Source: Elusimicrobiota bacterium
Lineage (GTDB): Bacteria > Elusimicrobiota > Elusimicrobia > F11
DNA: 64,000 nucleotides
Assembly (NCBI GenBank): GCA_044221725.1
Contig: JBGAON010000005.1
Span: 256,001 to 320,000 of the forward strand
Direction of reading: 5' to 3'
Positions within the stretch are counted from its first letter, which is position 1. Each line of letters begins with the position of its first letter. Under the pieces are notes generated by a model, which worked only from the letters and a program-made list of their open reading frames with translations, ran no database searches and was not told the origin of the DNA. Position numbers and translations under genes: made by a program. Shown here in pieces: positions 19,657 to 29,363 of the stretch.

Positions 19657-21390
19657 ATGGCGAAGAATCCGAACGTTTTGGGTCGTAAGACCATCAAAGA
19701 CATCTTCCTCGAGCAAAAACTGCTCAAGCCCGACCAAGTAGAAAAAGCCATGGTCGAATCGAAAAACACGCAGAAGCCACTCCAACAGATTGTTGTCGAC
19801 ATGGGCATGGCCGAACGCGTCGATGTTTTGCAAATACTTTCCAAAGAATGGCGCGTGCGTGCCGTGGATCTCTCCGAAATGGATGTGGACCCCGACGTCG
19901 TAAAAATTGTGTCCGAACAAAACGCGCGCCGTCATTTGGCCATTCCGTTTGCAAAAGAAGATCGTGTGCTGCTCGTGGCCATGGCCGACCCGCGCGATTT
20001 CTTCATCTCGGAAGACATTCATCTGCGAACCGGATTTGAAGTCCAAAGCTACTTGGCGCTTCCCGAAGACATTCTTCGCGAACTCGGCAAGGTGTACGGC
20101 ATGGCGTCTGCCGTAAGCGCCGAAGACATGGTGAAAGGTATCACCGATCAATTGCCCGGGGATGACACTGGAATTTCGCTTGAAAAGATGGAAGAGGCGG
20201 TGGACGTCACCGAAGTCGACGCGTCAGCGCCCGAAGTTGAACGTATCGTTAACGCGGTCATCGTCGGCGCGCTGCAAGCCAAAGCGTCCGATATTCACAT
20301 TGAACCGTTCGAAAACAAATTTATTGTGCGTTACCGTGTGGACGGCAACTTGCGCGAAGCAAACTTCCAGATTCCGATGTCCTACAAGAATGCCGTGATC
20401 GCGAAAATAAAAATCATGACGAACCAAATGGACATCACCGAGCGTCGAAAGCCTCAAGACGGCCGTATTCAAGTGAGTGCGAAAGGCAACCCGGTCGAAT
20501 TCCGTGTGAACATTGTACCGACGGTGTTTGGAGAATCCTGCGTTATGCGCGTGTTGGACCGCGCGAGCGTGCGCGTTGATTTGAACAAGCTCGGATTTCA
20601 CCCGGAGCTGCTGACGCAGTTCAAGGAAATCTTGCAGCGGCCCTACGGTCTCATGCTCGTCTGCGGGCCGACGGGTTCCGGAAAATCGACGACGCTGTAT
20701 GCGGCGCTGAACTCGATCAATAATCCGGATACGAAAATTCTTACAGCCGAAAACCCTGTCGAATACAATCTGTCTGGCATCATTCAAACAAACGTCAATC
20801 CGGATATCGGTTTTACGTTTGCCGAAGCGCTGCGCGCATTTTTGCGACAGGATCCGGACATCATCATGGTCGGCGAAATTCGCGATAAAGAAACGGCTCA
20901 GATTGCGATGGAAGCGGCCATGACCGGTCACTTTGTGTTTTCAACAATTCATACAAACGATGCACCATCCGCGGTCGCGCGATTGCACGAGATGGGCGTG
21001 CCCTCATTTCTAATTGGTGGCACGCTCGAAGCGGTGCTCGCGCAACGGCTCGTGCGGCGCGTGTGCTCCGCATGCGCGAGGCCGATTCAAGCCACCGACG
21101 AAATGAAAGTCGTGTTTGATAAATATCAGATCGACATCAGCAAAGCGAAATTTATGCAAGGAAAAGGCTGCGACACGTGCAACAAAACCGGTTACAAAGG
21201 ACGCGCCGGTATTCACGAGCTTCTTGTGATGGATAACGATATCCGTCGGATTCTATTGAGCGAAGTGTCGGCGCAGCCGATTCGTGAACAAGCTGTCAAA
21301 AGCGGAATGCGACTCATGTTGCTGGATGGTCTTATTAAAGTAACGAACGGTGTTACCACGGTCGAAGAAGTGTTTGCGGCGACGCAATAA
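19657..21390 (+). CDS. PilB/GspE-family pilus/T2SS assembly ATPase
   Basis: ASDIHIEP, Walker A GPTGSGKST, Walker B DIIMVGEIRD, His box GH...STIH, CxxC...CxxC zinc motif, and a degenerate MshEN-like N-terminus. Confidence 0.93.
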   Translation: MAKNPNVLGRKTIKDIFLEQKLLKPDQVEKAMVESKNTQKPLQQIVVDMGMAERVDVLQILSKEWRVRAVDLSEMDVDPDVVKIVSEQNARRHLAIPFAKEDRVLLVAMADPRDFFISEDIHLRTGFEVQSYLALPEDILRELGKVYGMASAVSAEDMVKGITDQLPGDDTGISLEKMEEAVDVTEVDASAPEVERIVNAVIVGALQAKASDIHIEPFENKFIVRYRVDGNLREANFQIPMSYKNAVIAKIKIMTNQMDITERRKPQDGRIQVSAKGNPVEFRVNIVPTVFGESCVMRVLDRASVRVDLNKLGFHPELLTQFKEILQRPYGLMLVCGPTGSGKSTTLYAALNSINNPDTKILTAENPVEYNLSGIIQTNVNPDIGFTFAEALRAFLRQDPDIIMVGEIRDKETAQIAMEAAMTGHFVFSTIHTNDAPSAVARLHEMGVPSFLIGGTLEAVLAQRLVRRVCSACARPIQATDEMKVVFDKYQIDISKAKFMQGKGCDTCNKTGYKGRAGIHELLVMDNDIRRILLSEVSAQPIREQAVKSGMRLMLLDGLIKVTNGVTTVEEVFAATQ

Positions 21391-21398
21391 AGGACCTC

Positions 21399-22475
21399 AT
21401 GAAAGCAAACGGTGCAAACGACGCTGAACCGAAAGAACACGATGTTTTCGAGCTTGCAAAATCCTGGGCAACGAGCCAGGACGTGGACTCGCTGCTCGGC
21501 GAAATCAGCAAGGCCGTTGAGCGCATGACCGGTTCCGAAGCGGCATCGATCCTATTGCTGGATGCAAACAAAAAACAACTGGTTTTTAAGGTTGCAACCG
21601 GCGAAAAAGGCGCGTCCGTAAAAAGATTTTACGTCCCGCTCGGAAAAGGGGTGGCGGGGTGGGTGGCGGAGTACAAGGTGCCTGTCATCATCAACGACGT
21701 GCAATCCGATACTCGCTTTACAGGTCAAATTGATAAGTCGAGCGGATTTTCAACCCGGTCCATACTCGCGATGCCTATGATTGTGAACGATCAACTGATC
21801 GGCGTGGCCGAAGCGCTCAACAAGATTGACGGCGTTTATGGAGAAAGTGATCGCAAGATTCTCGAAAACTTGGGCGCGTTGGCCGCCACGACGATCGCCA
21901 ATGCGCGGATGGCCGAGGATTATCGGAACTTCTTCGCGCACACGATCGAAATTATCACGATGGCGGTTGAAGGATCCGACGGTCGGCTGACGGGGCATTC
22001 CTACCGAGTGGCGGAATTGGCCTGCCGGATTGGGCGCCAAATGGGTTTTGTCGGAAGCGAATACAAAAATCTTTACTACGGTGCGATCTTGCACGATATC
22101 GGTATGGTGGCCGTGCATGATTTGCGTTATCTGCCCAACGTGATTTCGCACACGATTGAGCGCACGCCGGAGAAATTGCACACGCTGGTCGGATCCGAGT
22201 TGGTGAAGAACATCCGCCTTCTGGCCGATGTTGCTCCTATTATTCTTTGTCACCATGAGTATGTGGACGGTACCGGTTTCCCCAACGGACTTGTTGGCGA
22301 TGATATTCCGCTCGGCGCGCGCATCCTTTGCTTGGTCGAACATCTGGACGAGCTGCACATCAATGGACTCGCCGGCGAACAATTCGATGAAGCGGCCGAA
22401 AAGATGGCACAAGAAGGAGCCGGCACCAAATTCGACAAAGACGTTGTTAATGCGTTCCTTTCGCTCCCCAAATAA
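21399..22475 (+). CDS. GAF + HD-GYP domain protein
   Basis: N-terminal GAF (G.AGWVA, D.RF...D, NK). C-terminal GHSYRVA, LHDIG, HHE..DGTGFP, IPLGAR. Confidence 0.88.
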   Translation: MKANGANDAEPKEHDVFELAKSWATSQDVDSLLGEISKAVERMTGSEAASILLLDANKKQLVFKVATGEKGASVKRFYVPLGKGVAGWVAEYKVPVIINDVQSDTRFTGQIDKSSGFSTRSILAMPMIVNDQLIGVAEALNKIDGVYGESDRKILENLGALAATTIANARMAEDYRNFFAHTIEIITMAVEGSDGRLTGHSYRVAELACRIGRQMGFVGSEYKNLYYGAILHDIGMVAVHDLRYLPNVISHTIERTPEKLHTLVGSELVKNIRLLADVAPIILCHHEYVDGTGFPNGLVGDDIPLGARILCLVEHLDELHINGLAGEQFDEAAEKMAQEGAGTKFDKDVVNAFLSLPK

Positions 22476-22519
22476 ACTTCTATAATGGACCATCAAATTT
22501 TGACCCAAAGGGGGCGTCC

Positions 22520-22984
22520 ATGAAATCAACCAAAGAGCGTCGCAGAGGAAAACGGTGGAAGGTTGCTGTCTTGGTGCGCTGTTCGCTTCCAAAAGTTTCT
22601 GACGAAATGGTTGAGATGGAGATGTGGGCCAAAGATGTAAACGAGAAAGGCATGCAGCTCGAGCTCGCGCGCGGTTTAAACGTGATGCACTTGCAAGGCG
22701 CCGAAAAAGGTTCAAACCACCCCGTTCGATTTGATGACATCGATTTTGCAAAAGGTTCGCCGGTGAAAGTTCAGGATTTGTTTTACGATGATGATGGCTC
22801 GCCTTTCATTGAAGGAAAAATCACGTGGGCGCGTCAGTCTTCAGCAAACGGCAATTGGGCGCTTGGTGTTCAGTTTGAAGACGCAAAGAAGCAACCCAAG
22901 GCGCTGCTCGGCGCGTTCAAAGATTTCATTAGCATCGTAAAAAACCCCACCGTCGCGATCGCGAAGGCGTCTCGCCGCAAGTAG
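22520..22984 (+). CDS. PilZ domain protein
   Basis: ERRxxxR (ERRRGKR), DxxxxG (DVNEKG) and a C-terminal GVQF motif. Confidence 0.75.
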   Translation: MKSTKERRRGKRWKVAVLVRCSLPKVSDEMVEMEMWAKDVNEKGMQLELARGLNVMHLQGAEKGSNHPVRFDDIDFAKGSPVKVQDLFYDDDGSPFIEGKITWARQSSANGNWALGVQFEDAKKQPKALLGAFKDFISIVKNPTVAIAKASRRK

Positions 22985-22996
22985 CCCCGGCATTCC

Positions 22997-24019
22997 ATGG
23001 CGGGCCGCCCTGATTTTGACGAGTTCCTCACCGCACTAAACGGTTTTCTCGACAAAAAAGTCACGGTCCCGCAGGACCCAAGTTACCTCCGATTCCTCGA
23101 AATCTTCTGCCGCTCGGTCGGTTCGAGTGAAGGTCATTTGCTCGAGCATCTCGAAGGGAAAGGGCTTCAATCGATTGTCGCGTTCGGCATGCCATCGACC
23201 TTCGAGAAAGATTTCAACGGGACGGCTCCGCAAGCTCTGAAAGAACCGTCCCCGCTGGATTCCGCGTTTCGTGATCAACAAGTAATGGCCGTTGTTGAAC
23301 TGAAGCGCGGTGTAGGAATCCCGCTGTGGTTTATGGATATTGCGGGCAAGTACAAATTCAAGTCACTCGTGGCGGTGCCGCTGATCGGTCAAACAAAACC
23401 CGTCGGAGTGTTGTGCGCGTATTACCGAGACGTGTGCTTGTTTGACCAAGGCACGTTGGACCGACTCATGACGATTGGGCGAATGGTGGGGACCGCGATG
23501 GAGAAAACCATGTCCGCGGGCGGTGCCACCGAAACCGATCATGCCACACCGGCCGTTGACGGTTTTCTGCAGCTTCTTACCACGCAGACGACAACCAAAG
23601 CGCACATTTTCGAAGCGCTCACGAAAATTCTTGTCAAAAACCTACAGCCTTCCGGAATCATCAGCGGTCCGCTTCGCGTTGTGGGGCAAGACCTTATTCT
23701 GTCGGTCAGCGATGGAACGGGCGTTCCGCCGAACGCGCTCGGTCAACGTTATCCGTTGCCTCCGCTGCTCGCGAAAAAACTGTTGTTACCGCACGGAAGC
23801 CACCGGATTGAGACGTTGAAAGCCGACGAATGGGGGCAGCTGCGCCCGCTCATGAGCGGAAAATCGGCCACCGTGATCGCTCAGCCGATTATTTGGCAAA
23901 AGCAGCCGCAGGGGGCCATTGTCGTTTGGCGAAGCGAAGCAAAACCGTTTACCGATGTGGATGACACGCTGCTCTCTCGACTGGCCGGCATTACGTCGCT
24001 CGCGCTGCGCACGAACTAA
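22997..24019 (+). CDS. Tandem GAF-domain protein
   Basis: SLVAVPL...VGVL...FD...L, and a second AQPI...GAIVV...FT..D..LL repeat. Confidence 0.75.
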   Translation: MAGRPDFDEFLTALNGFLDKKVTVPQDPSYLRFLEIFCRSVGSSEGHLLEHLEGKGLQSIVAFGMPSTFEKDFNGTAPQALKEPSPLDSAFRDQQVMAVVELKRGVGIPLWFMDIAGKYKFKSLVAVPLIGQTKPVGVLCAYYRDVCLFDQGTLDRLMTIGRMVGTAMEKTMSAGGATETDHATPAVDGFLQLLTTQTTTKAHIFEALTKILVKNLQPSGIISGPLRVVGQDLILSVSDGTGVPPNALGQRYPLPPLLAKKLLLPHGSHRIETLKADEWGQLRPLMSGKSATVIAQPIIWQKQPQGAIVVWRSEAKPFTDVDDTLLSRLAGITSLALRTN

Positions 24020-24027
24020 ATCCTCCC

Positions 24028-24279
24028 ATGATCAATTATCTTCTTCTCGCGATTATCTTCTTCTTGCTCGGCATTATTGGCTGGTTTCTGTGGAAATCCG
24101 GATTCTTATTCGATGCGGAGACGCCAACGTCAATTATCGACAAACCTGTCATGGACGCGAAGGAACGAAAGGCGTTTATGAAGCGACTGAAAAGGTGGCG
24201 CGCCGAGGGGAAAGTAACCTTGGCAGAGTTTGAAACAATTTTGAGATTGTGCGACGAAGAGTGGGACGCGCCTAGTTAG
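24028..24279 (+). CDS. Small membrane-anchored hypothetical protein
   Basis: N-terminal TM helix and a short C-terminal GKVTLAEF (SHOCT-like) segment, in operon position. Confidence 0.7.
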   Translation: MINYLLLAIIFFLLGIIGWFLWKSGFLFDAETPTSIIDKPVMDAKERKAFMKRLKRWRAEGKVTLAEFETILRLCDEEWDAPS

Positions 24280-25405
24280 CCAATTCCATCCATTTGTTGA
24301 CAGCTTCTTCCGCGAGCTCCGCCGTTCCCGGGCTCGGATAGTGATGCTTCTCGGTGACGTCGCGCAGTGCAATGCCCGCCCGCATCAATAGGTCAAAGTA
24401 AAGCACGAGCGCGTCGGCACCCTTTCCATAGATATGGGCGCCCAGCAACTCGGTCGTCTTCTTGCGTCCGACCAATTTGATGATGCCGCGTTCGTTTGAA
24501 ACCGTCACCGCAATTGCGTCGCGAAATTTCGTTTTCGCGTCACGCTCGAGCAATCCAATTCGCGCGAGCGGTGGATCAAACGGCAAAATCGACGGCACGG
24601 CTTCCGGAAACATTTTCTGGCGATTGAAGAACGGGGCGAGAATATTTTCCGCCACCAGCTGCGCCTGATAGTCTTCGTACGCGAGATTGAAATATGGCCC
24701 AAGCACCGGTCCCAACGCGTGAACCCGCGTGTTCGATGTGCGCAATTCGCTGTCCACAACCACTCGCACTTCCGGATGGACGTACACGCGCGCTTTGTCC
24801 AATCCAAAACCGACCACGTTCGGCTGAATGCCGGTGGCGAGAACGGTCGCTTCGCTTTCTGCCGATTGTTTCACGTTCTCGATGCGCACGTTTAGGCTGC
24901 GCAAGTCCTCGGTGACACGTTGAGCCAATTCCGGCTCTTCGCGATGAAGAATAAGGTCACGGTTTGATAGCACGGTCACGCCCGCGCCGCGTCGCGCCAA
25001 ATGAAACGTGAGTCCAATGCCGACCGGTCCGGCTCCCACCACGGTGACCGTGCGCGGCGGCGTGCCTTCGAGCGCCTGGAAGGGAGACAAGCTTTTCCAT
25101 CCGGCGTATTCGACCGGAAGTTTCGGCTCGCTGCCCGACGCCAGGACATAATGCGCCGCTTGGATTTCTTCCCCGCCCGTGCGAAGCGTCTTCGTATCAA
25201 CAAAACGCGGAGTGTCCGTTGTGGTCGCCGGCATGCGCACCGACGGTTTGCCCGTGGAAAGGGATTCCACAATGTTTCGGAAGTAATCTTCGGGCGCGCC
25301 GGGCAACGGAATGAGCAGGACGTCTTTTTTTTGGGCGCGCAGTTTGTCGGCAATCGTTTGAGCGGCACGGCCGCTTCCAAGGATCGCAACATCGGTCTTT
25401 TTCAT
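24272..25405 (-). CDS. Degenerate pyridine nucleotide-disulfide oxidoreductase family protein
   Basis: VAILGSG, VVGAGPVG, ATGIQPN, LRTSNTRVHALG and LLGAHI motifs, but no CxxxxC redox pair. Confidence 0.8.
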   Translation of the reverse strand: MKKTDVAILGSGRAAQTIADKLRAQKKDVLLIPLPGAPEDYFRNIVESLSTGKPSVRMPATTTDTPRFVDTKTLRTGGEEIQAAHYVLASGSEPKLPVEYAGWKSLSPFQALEGTPPRTVTVVGAGPVGIGLTFHLARRGAGVTVLSNRDLILHREEPELAQRVTEDLRSLNVRIENVKQSAESEATVLATGIQPNVVGFGLDKARVYVHPEVRVVVDSELRTSNTRVHALGPVLGPYFNLAYEDYQAQLVAENILAPFFNRQKMFPEAVPSILPFDPPLARIGLLERDAKTKFRDAIAVTVSNERGIIKLVGRKKTTELLGAHIYGKGADALVLYFDLLMRAGIALRDVTEKHHYPSPGTAELAEEAVNKWMELAN

Positions 25406-25475
25406 GGATGAGGATCGTATCACATGCACATGCGCATGCAAATTTGCTAACACTGGCGCCTTCGTAAACATATCT

Positions 25476-26705
25476 ATGAAAACATCTCCTAAAAAAATCG
25501 TTTTGGCTTACTCTGGCGGGCTTGATACGTCGGTCATCTTGACCTGGTTAAAAGAGGAATACGAGTGCGACGTCGTTGCCTGTTACGTGGATGTCGGACA
25601 ACCGCGAAAAAACCTGGCGGGCGAACGCGAAGACCGCGAAGCGATCCGCAAAAAAGCGTTTCGAACCGGCGCTTCGGATTTCTTCGCGCCCGACGTTTCA
25701 AACGAATACGTTACCGATTACTTGTGGCCGGCGCTGCAGGCCCACGCCACTTACGAACACAAATATTTGCTCGGCACCGCGCTCGCGCGTCCGCTGATTG
25801 CTCAGAAAGTTGTTGAAGTCGCGCGCAAGGTGAAAGCCGACGCGGTTTGCCATGGTGCGACCGGCAAAGGCAACGATCAGGTGCGTTTCGAGTTAACCTT
25901 TGCGGCGCTTGCGCCCGACCTGCAAATTATTGCGCCGTGGCGCACGTGGAATTTCAAGGGCCGTGAAGATCTGCTCGATTTTGCAGCCCGTCACAACATT
26001 CCGGTCCCTGTGTCGAAAAAGCGTCCGTACTCGAGCGACGCAAACCTTTGGCACATTTCACACGAAGGTGGAATCCTCGAAGAACTCGACAAGCCGGTGC
26101 CGGAAGATGTGTACGCGTGGACCGTGTCTCCGGAAAAAGCGCCATCCAAGCCACAGGATGTGACCATTGGATTCGTGCGCGGCATTCCGATCACATTGAA
26201 CGGCAAAAAGATTTCTCCGGTCGACATGGTGGTGACACTCAACAAGCTTGGCGGCCAGCACGGCGTCGGTCGCGTTGACCTTGTTGAAAACAGGCTCGTC
26301 GGCCTCAAGTCACGCGGCGTTTACGAATGCCCGGCCGCAACAATTCTGTACACGGCACACCGCGAATTGGAAACGCTTGCGCTCGATCGTGAGACGCTGC
26401 ATTACAAGGAACAGATTGGTCCCAAGTTTGGCGAGATGACCTATTACGGTCAGTGGTTCACGCCGCTGCGCAAGTCGCTGCAAGATTTCGTGGCCATGAC
26501 GCAGAAAAACGTGACCGGCGAAGTAAAGCTGCGTCTGTACAAAGGAAACTTGGAAATCCGTTCACGCAAATGCGTGAAATCACTTTATTCTCAAGATTGG
26601 GTTACGTTTGAAGCCGATAGCTTCTACAACCAGGCCGACGCGACGGGCTTTATTCGCTTGTTCGGTTTGCCCATCAAAATGCAGGCGCTGCTCCACCGGT
26701 CATGA
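25476..26705 (+). CDS. argG: Argininosuccinate synthase
   Basis: LAYSGGLDTS, HGATGKGNDQVRFE, ENRLVGLKSRGVYE. Confidence 0.97.
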   Translation: MKTSPKKIVLAYSGGLDTSVILTWLKEEYECDVVACYVDVGQPRKNLAGEREDREAIRKKAFRTGASDFFAPDVSNEYVTDYLWPALQAHATYEHKYLLGTALARPLIAQKVVEVARKVKADAVCHGATGKGNDQVRFELTFAALAPDLQIIAPWRTWNFKGREDLLDFAARHNIPVPVSKKRPYSSDANLWHISHEGGILEELDKPVPEDVYAWTVSPEKAPSKPQDVTIGFVRGIPITLNGKKISPVDMVVTLNKLGGQHGVGRVDLVENRLVGLKSRGVYECPAATILYTAHRELETLALDRETLHYKEQIGPKFGEMTYYGQWFTPLRKSLQDFVAMTQKNVTGEVKLRLYKGNLEIRSRKCVKSLYSQDWVTFEADSFYNQADATGFIRLFGLPIKMQALLHRS

Positions 26706-28054
26706 GTTCGGCCAGCTGGTCCGACGTCTCCGCTCCCCAAAAATTCATCGAATCCTTTTCGTACGATGTGCGTCTTGCGCCGTACGATATTCAAGGCTCG
26801 ATCGCGCACGCGACGATGCTGGGCCGAAAGAAAATTATTCCACCGGCGCTCGCCAAAAAAATTGTGCGGGGACTCGAATCCATCCTTCGTGACTTGAACC
26901 GCGGGTGGCGCCTTCCTGTGGAAGAGGATATTCATTTTGCTATGGAACGCGAACTCATCAGGCGCTTGGGTCCTTCGGGCGGCGCGTTGCACACGGGTCG
27001 TTCGCGCAACGATCAGGTCATTACGGACCTTTATCTTTATCTGCGCGATCATATCGATATGGTGGTAAAGGAAATTTCGCGCGTTCAAGTGGGAATTCTT
27101 ACGGTGGCTCAGCGCTACCAGGACGCGGTGATGCCGGGCTTCACGCATCTGCAACACGCCCAGCCGGTGCTTTTCGCGCATCATGTGCTCGCCTATGCGT
27201 GGATGCTCGAGCGCGACAAAGGCCGCTTTTTGGACGCCCGCAAACGCCTCGAAGCGTTGCCGTTGGGATCGGCCGCTCTCGCGGGCACGTCGTTTCCCAT
27301 CGATCGGGCGTTCGTGGCCAAACAGTTGGGTTTTAAAACGCTCAGCGAAAATTCCATCGATGCAACGGCGAGCCGCGACGGTGTTGTGGAATTTGTGTCG
27401 GCTTGCGCTATTTTGATGTCCAACTTGTCGCGCATGGCCGAAGAGCTGGTCATCTGGTCGAGCTCCGAATTTTCATTTATCGAACTCATTGCCGAATTTA
27501 CCTCGGGATCTTCGATCATGCCGCAGAAGCGAAACCCGGACGTCGCCGAAATTGTGCGCGGCGAAACGGGCCGCGTGTACGGATCGCTCGTGGCGCTTCT
27601 CACAATTTTGAAAGGCCTGCCGCTCAGCTACAACCGCGATCTTCAGGAAGACAAGCCGCCGTTGTTTGACGCGATCGACACGGTCATGGGCTGTTTGTCG
27701 GTGATGGCGCCCATGATGGGCACGATGAAAGTGAATGTCGCGACGCTAAAACACTGGTGCGACTATGGATTTCTTGCGGCGACCGAGCTTGCGGATTTCC
27801 TTGCGGAGCGCGGCGTTCCGTTTCGAACCGCGCACGGCGTTGTTCGCAAGCTGGTGGCCTATTGTCAGAGCAAGGGCGTTCGACTGGACCGTTTGTCGTT
27901 GTCCGAATTGCAACAATTTCATCCGAAATTTGATGCGCACGCGTTGGATTTGTTGGCGCCGGAAAAAGTGGTGCGCGCAAAAACCTCCTATGGCGGCACA
28001 TCGCCGGCGAGTGTTGCCCGTCAGATTTCAAAACTCAAAAAACTCATCAAGTAA
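26702..28054 (+). CDS. argH: Argininosuccinate lyase
   Basis: HTGRSRNDQ, GSSIMPQKRNPD, YNRDLQEDK. ATGA overlap with argG. Confidence 0.97.
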   Translation: MSSASWSDVSAPQKFIESFSYDVRLAPYDIQGSIAHATMLGRKKIIPPALAKKIVRGLESILRDLNRGWRLPVEEDIHFAMERELIRRLGPSGGALHTGRSRNDQVITDLYLYLRDHIDMVVKEISRVQVGILTVAQRYQDAVMPGFTHLQHAQPVLFAHHVLAYAWMLERDKGRFLDARKRLEALPLGSAALAGTSFPIDRAFVAKQLGFKTLSENSIDATASRDGVVEFVSACAILMSNLSRMAEELVIWSSSEFSFIELIAEFTSGSSIMPQKRNPDVAEIVRGETGRVYGSLVALLTILKGLPLSYNRDLQEDKPPLFDAIDTVMGCLSVMAPMMGTMKVNVATLKHWCDYGFLAATELADFLAERGVPFRTAHGVVRKLVAYCQSKGVRLDRLSLSELQQFHPKFDAHALDLLAPEKVVRAKTSYGGTSPASVARQISKLKKLIK

Positions 28055-28058
28055 CACC

Positions 28059-29363
28059 GTGCGCAAAGTAATCTTGGCCCTTAGTTTGATGTTGCCCGCC
28101 GCGAGTTTGGCCGAGGAACGTCTCACGTTGGCCACGAGCCTCGAACGCGCGCGCGCGAACAACCCGAAGATGTTGCTCGCGTCAAAAGAACTCTCCATCG
28201 CCAAGATGCAACTGCGCCAAGCCAAATCGCAGTACTACCCAAAAGTAAATTTAAATTTGGACTACGTGCGTTACCGAAACGAAACGCTCGGAATCACAGG
28301 GCCCGAGCTCGGAAACGTTATCCTCGAAGCACCGATCGCCGCGAACAAAGGCGAAGAGCGTGGCAACCCGCTCGCGAAGAACTTGTACCTCGGGCGCATC
28401 GGATTCTTGCAGACGTTGTATTCGGGCGGAAAGATCAACACCACGTATCGCCTTTCACAGGCCAGTGTCCGACGCGCTGAAAGTTCCATCGAAACTATTC
28501 GCGCGGATGTGCAGTTCGAAACAACGCAGCTTTTCTACCGCCTTGTGGCGCTGCGCGATCAAAAGAAGATTTTCAACAACGAGCTCCTGGAGATCGACAA
28601 ACTTGCGAAACAGGCCACCGGCGCGCACGCGCAGCTCCAGTTGGCTGCCGCCGAAGCCAACGTTCAAAAAAAGTTGAGCGACTTGAAACAAGAAGAGCAA
28701 ACCGTTCGCTACCGCTACTTGCAGTCGATGGGACTTGAGCTGTTTACCGACGTGCAAGTTGAAGGCGAGCTAACGTTGTCGCCGGCGATCCCCGATTTGC
28801 AAACGGTGCTCGTGTGGGCCAAACAAAACCGAACGGAACTGAAAGAGACGCAAATTCAAGAAGAAGTGGACCAGCTTTCGGTGGAATTGTCGCGATCCGA
28901 GCGTTATCCGGTGTTTTTGTGGGGCGGCGGATACGAAGTACGAAACGAAGATTTCCCGTTGAAAGACACGAACTGGAATACGGCGCTTACAATGAACATT
29001 CCCATTTTTGATGGTTTCTCCGGGTACGCGCGTGTCAAAGAAAGTCGTTATCGCGCGGACCAGGGGCGACTCAAGCGTGTTCAACTTGAAGACCAAGTTG
29101 AAATTGAAGTTCGCACGGCGCATACCGATTGGCAGCACTGGAAAAATGAAATCGATTCGCGCCAAAAACAACTGGCCATGTTTGAGAAACTTCGACGCGA
29201 AGCTTTTGGTGGGAAGGATCGGGTGGGTGGCTCGACCGGTGAGCGCATTGAATACTTGAGCTGGCGGGCGGATTCAAGCGCGGGATTGGTCGAAGCGCAG
29301 TACCAACTTTGCGCCGCCGAAGCCCGACTGTCAAAAGCCGTTGGTCGTCCCATTAATCAATGA
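28059..29363 (+). CDS. TolC-family outer membrane efflux protein
   Basis: Signal peptide from GTG at 28059, then LTL...A..NNP, YYPKVNL, LYSGGK, YP...IPIFDGF. Confidence 0.88.
   Translation: MRKVILALSLMLPAASLAEERLTLATSLERARANNPKMLLASKELSIAKMQLRQAKSQYYPKVNLNLDYVRYRNETLGITGPELGNVILEAPIAANKGEERGNPLAKNLYLGRIGFLQTLYSGGKINTTYRLSQASVRRAESSIETIRADVQFETTQLFYRLVALRDQKKIFNNELLEIDKLAKQATGAHAQLQLAAAEANVQKKLSDLKQEEQTVRYRYLQSMGLELFTDVQVEGELTLSPAIPDLQTVLVWAKQNRTELKETQIQEEVDQLSVELSRSERYPVFLWGGGYEVRNEDFPLKDTNWNTALTMNIPIFDGFSGYARVKESRYRADQGRLKRVQLEDQVEIEVRTAHTDWQHWKNEIDSRQKQLAMFEKLRREAFGGKDRVGGSTGERIEYLSWRADSSAGLVEAQYQLCAAEARLSKAVGRPINQ

Noticed and set aside
25415..25450. ARG box upstream of argG (tgcacatgcgcatgca)
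   Set aside because: Spacing and the GC-rich centre do not fit the ArgR consensus, and no argR is in the window.
27765..28058. N-terminal extension of the TolC ORF
   Set aside because: It overlaps argH, and the signal peptide begins at GTG 28059. Similar over-extended starts were trimmed for the kinase, argG, dapA, the XerD-like gene and otsB.
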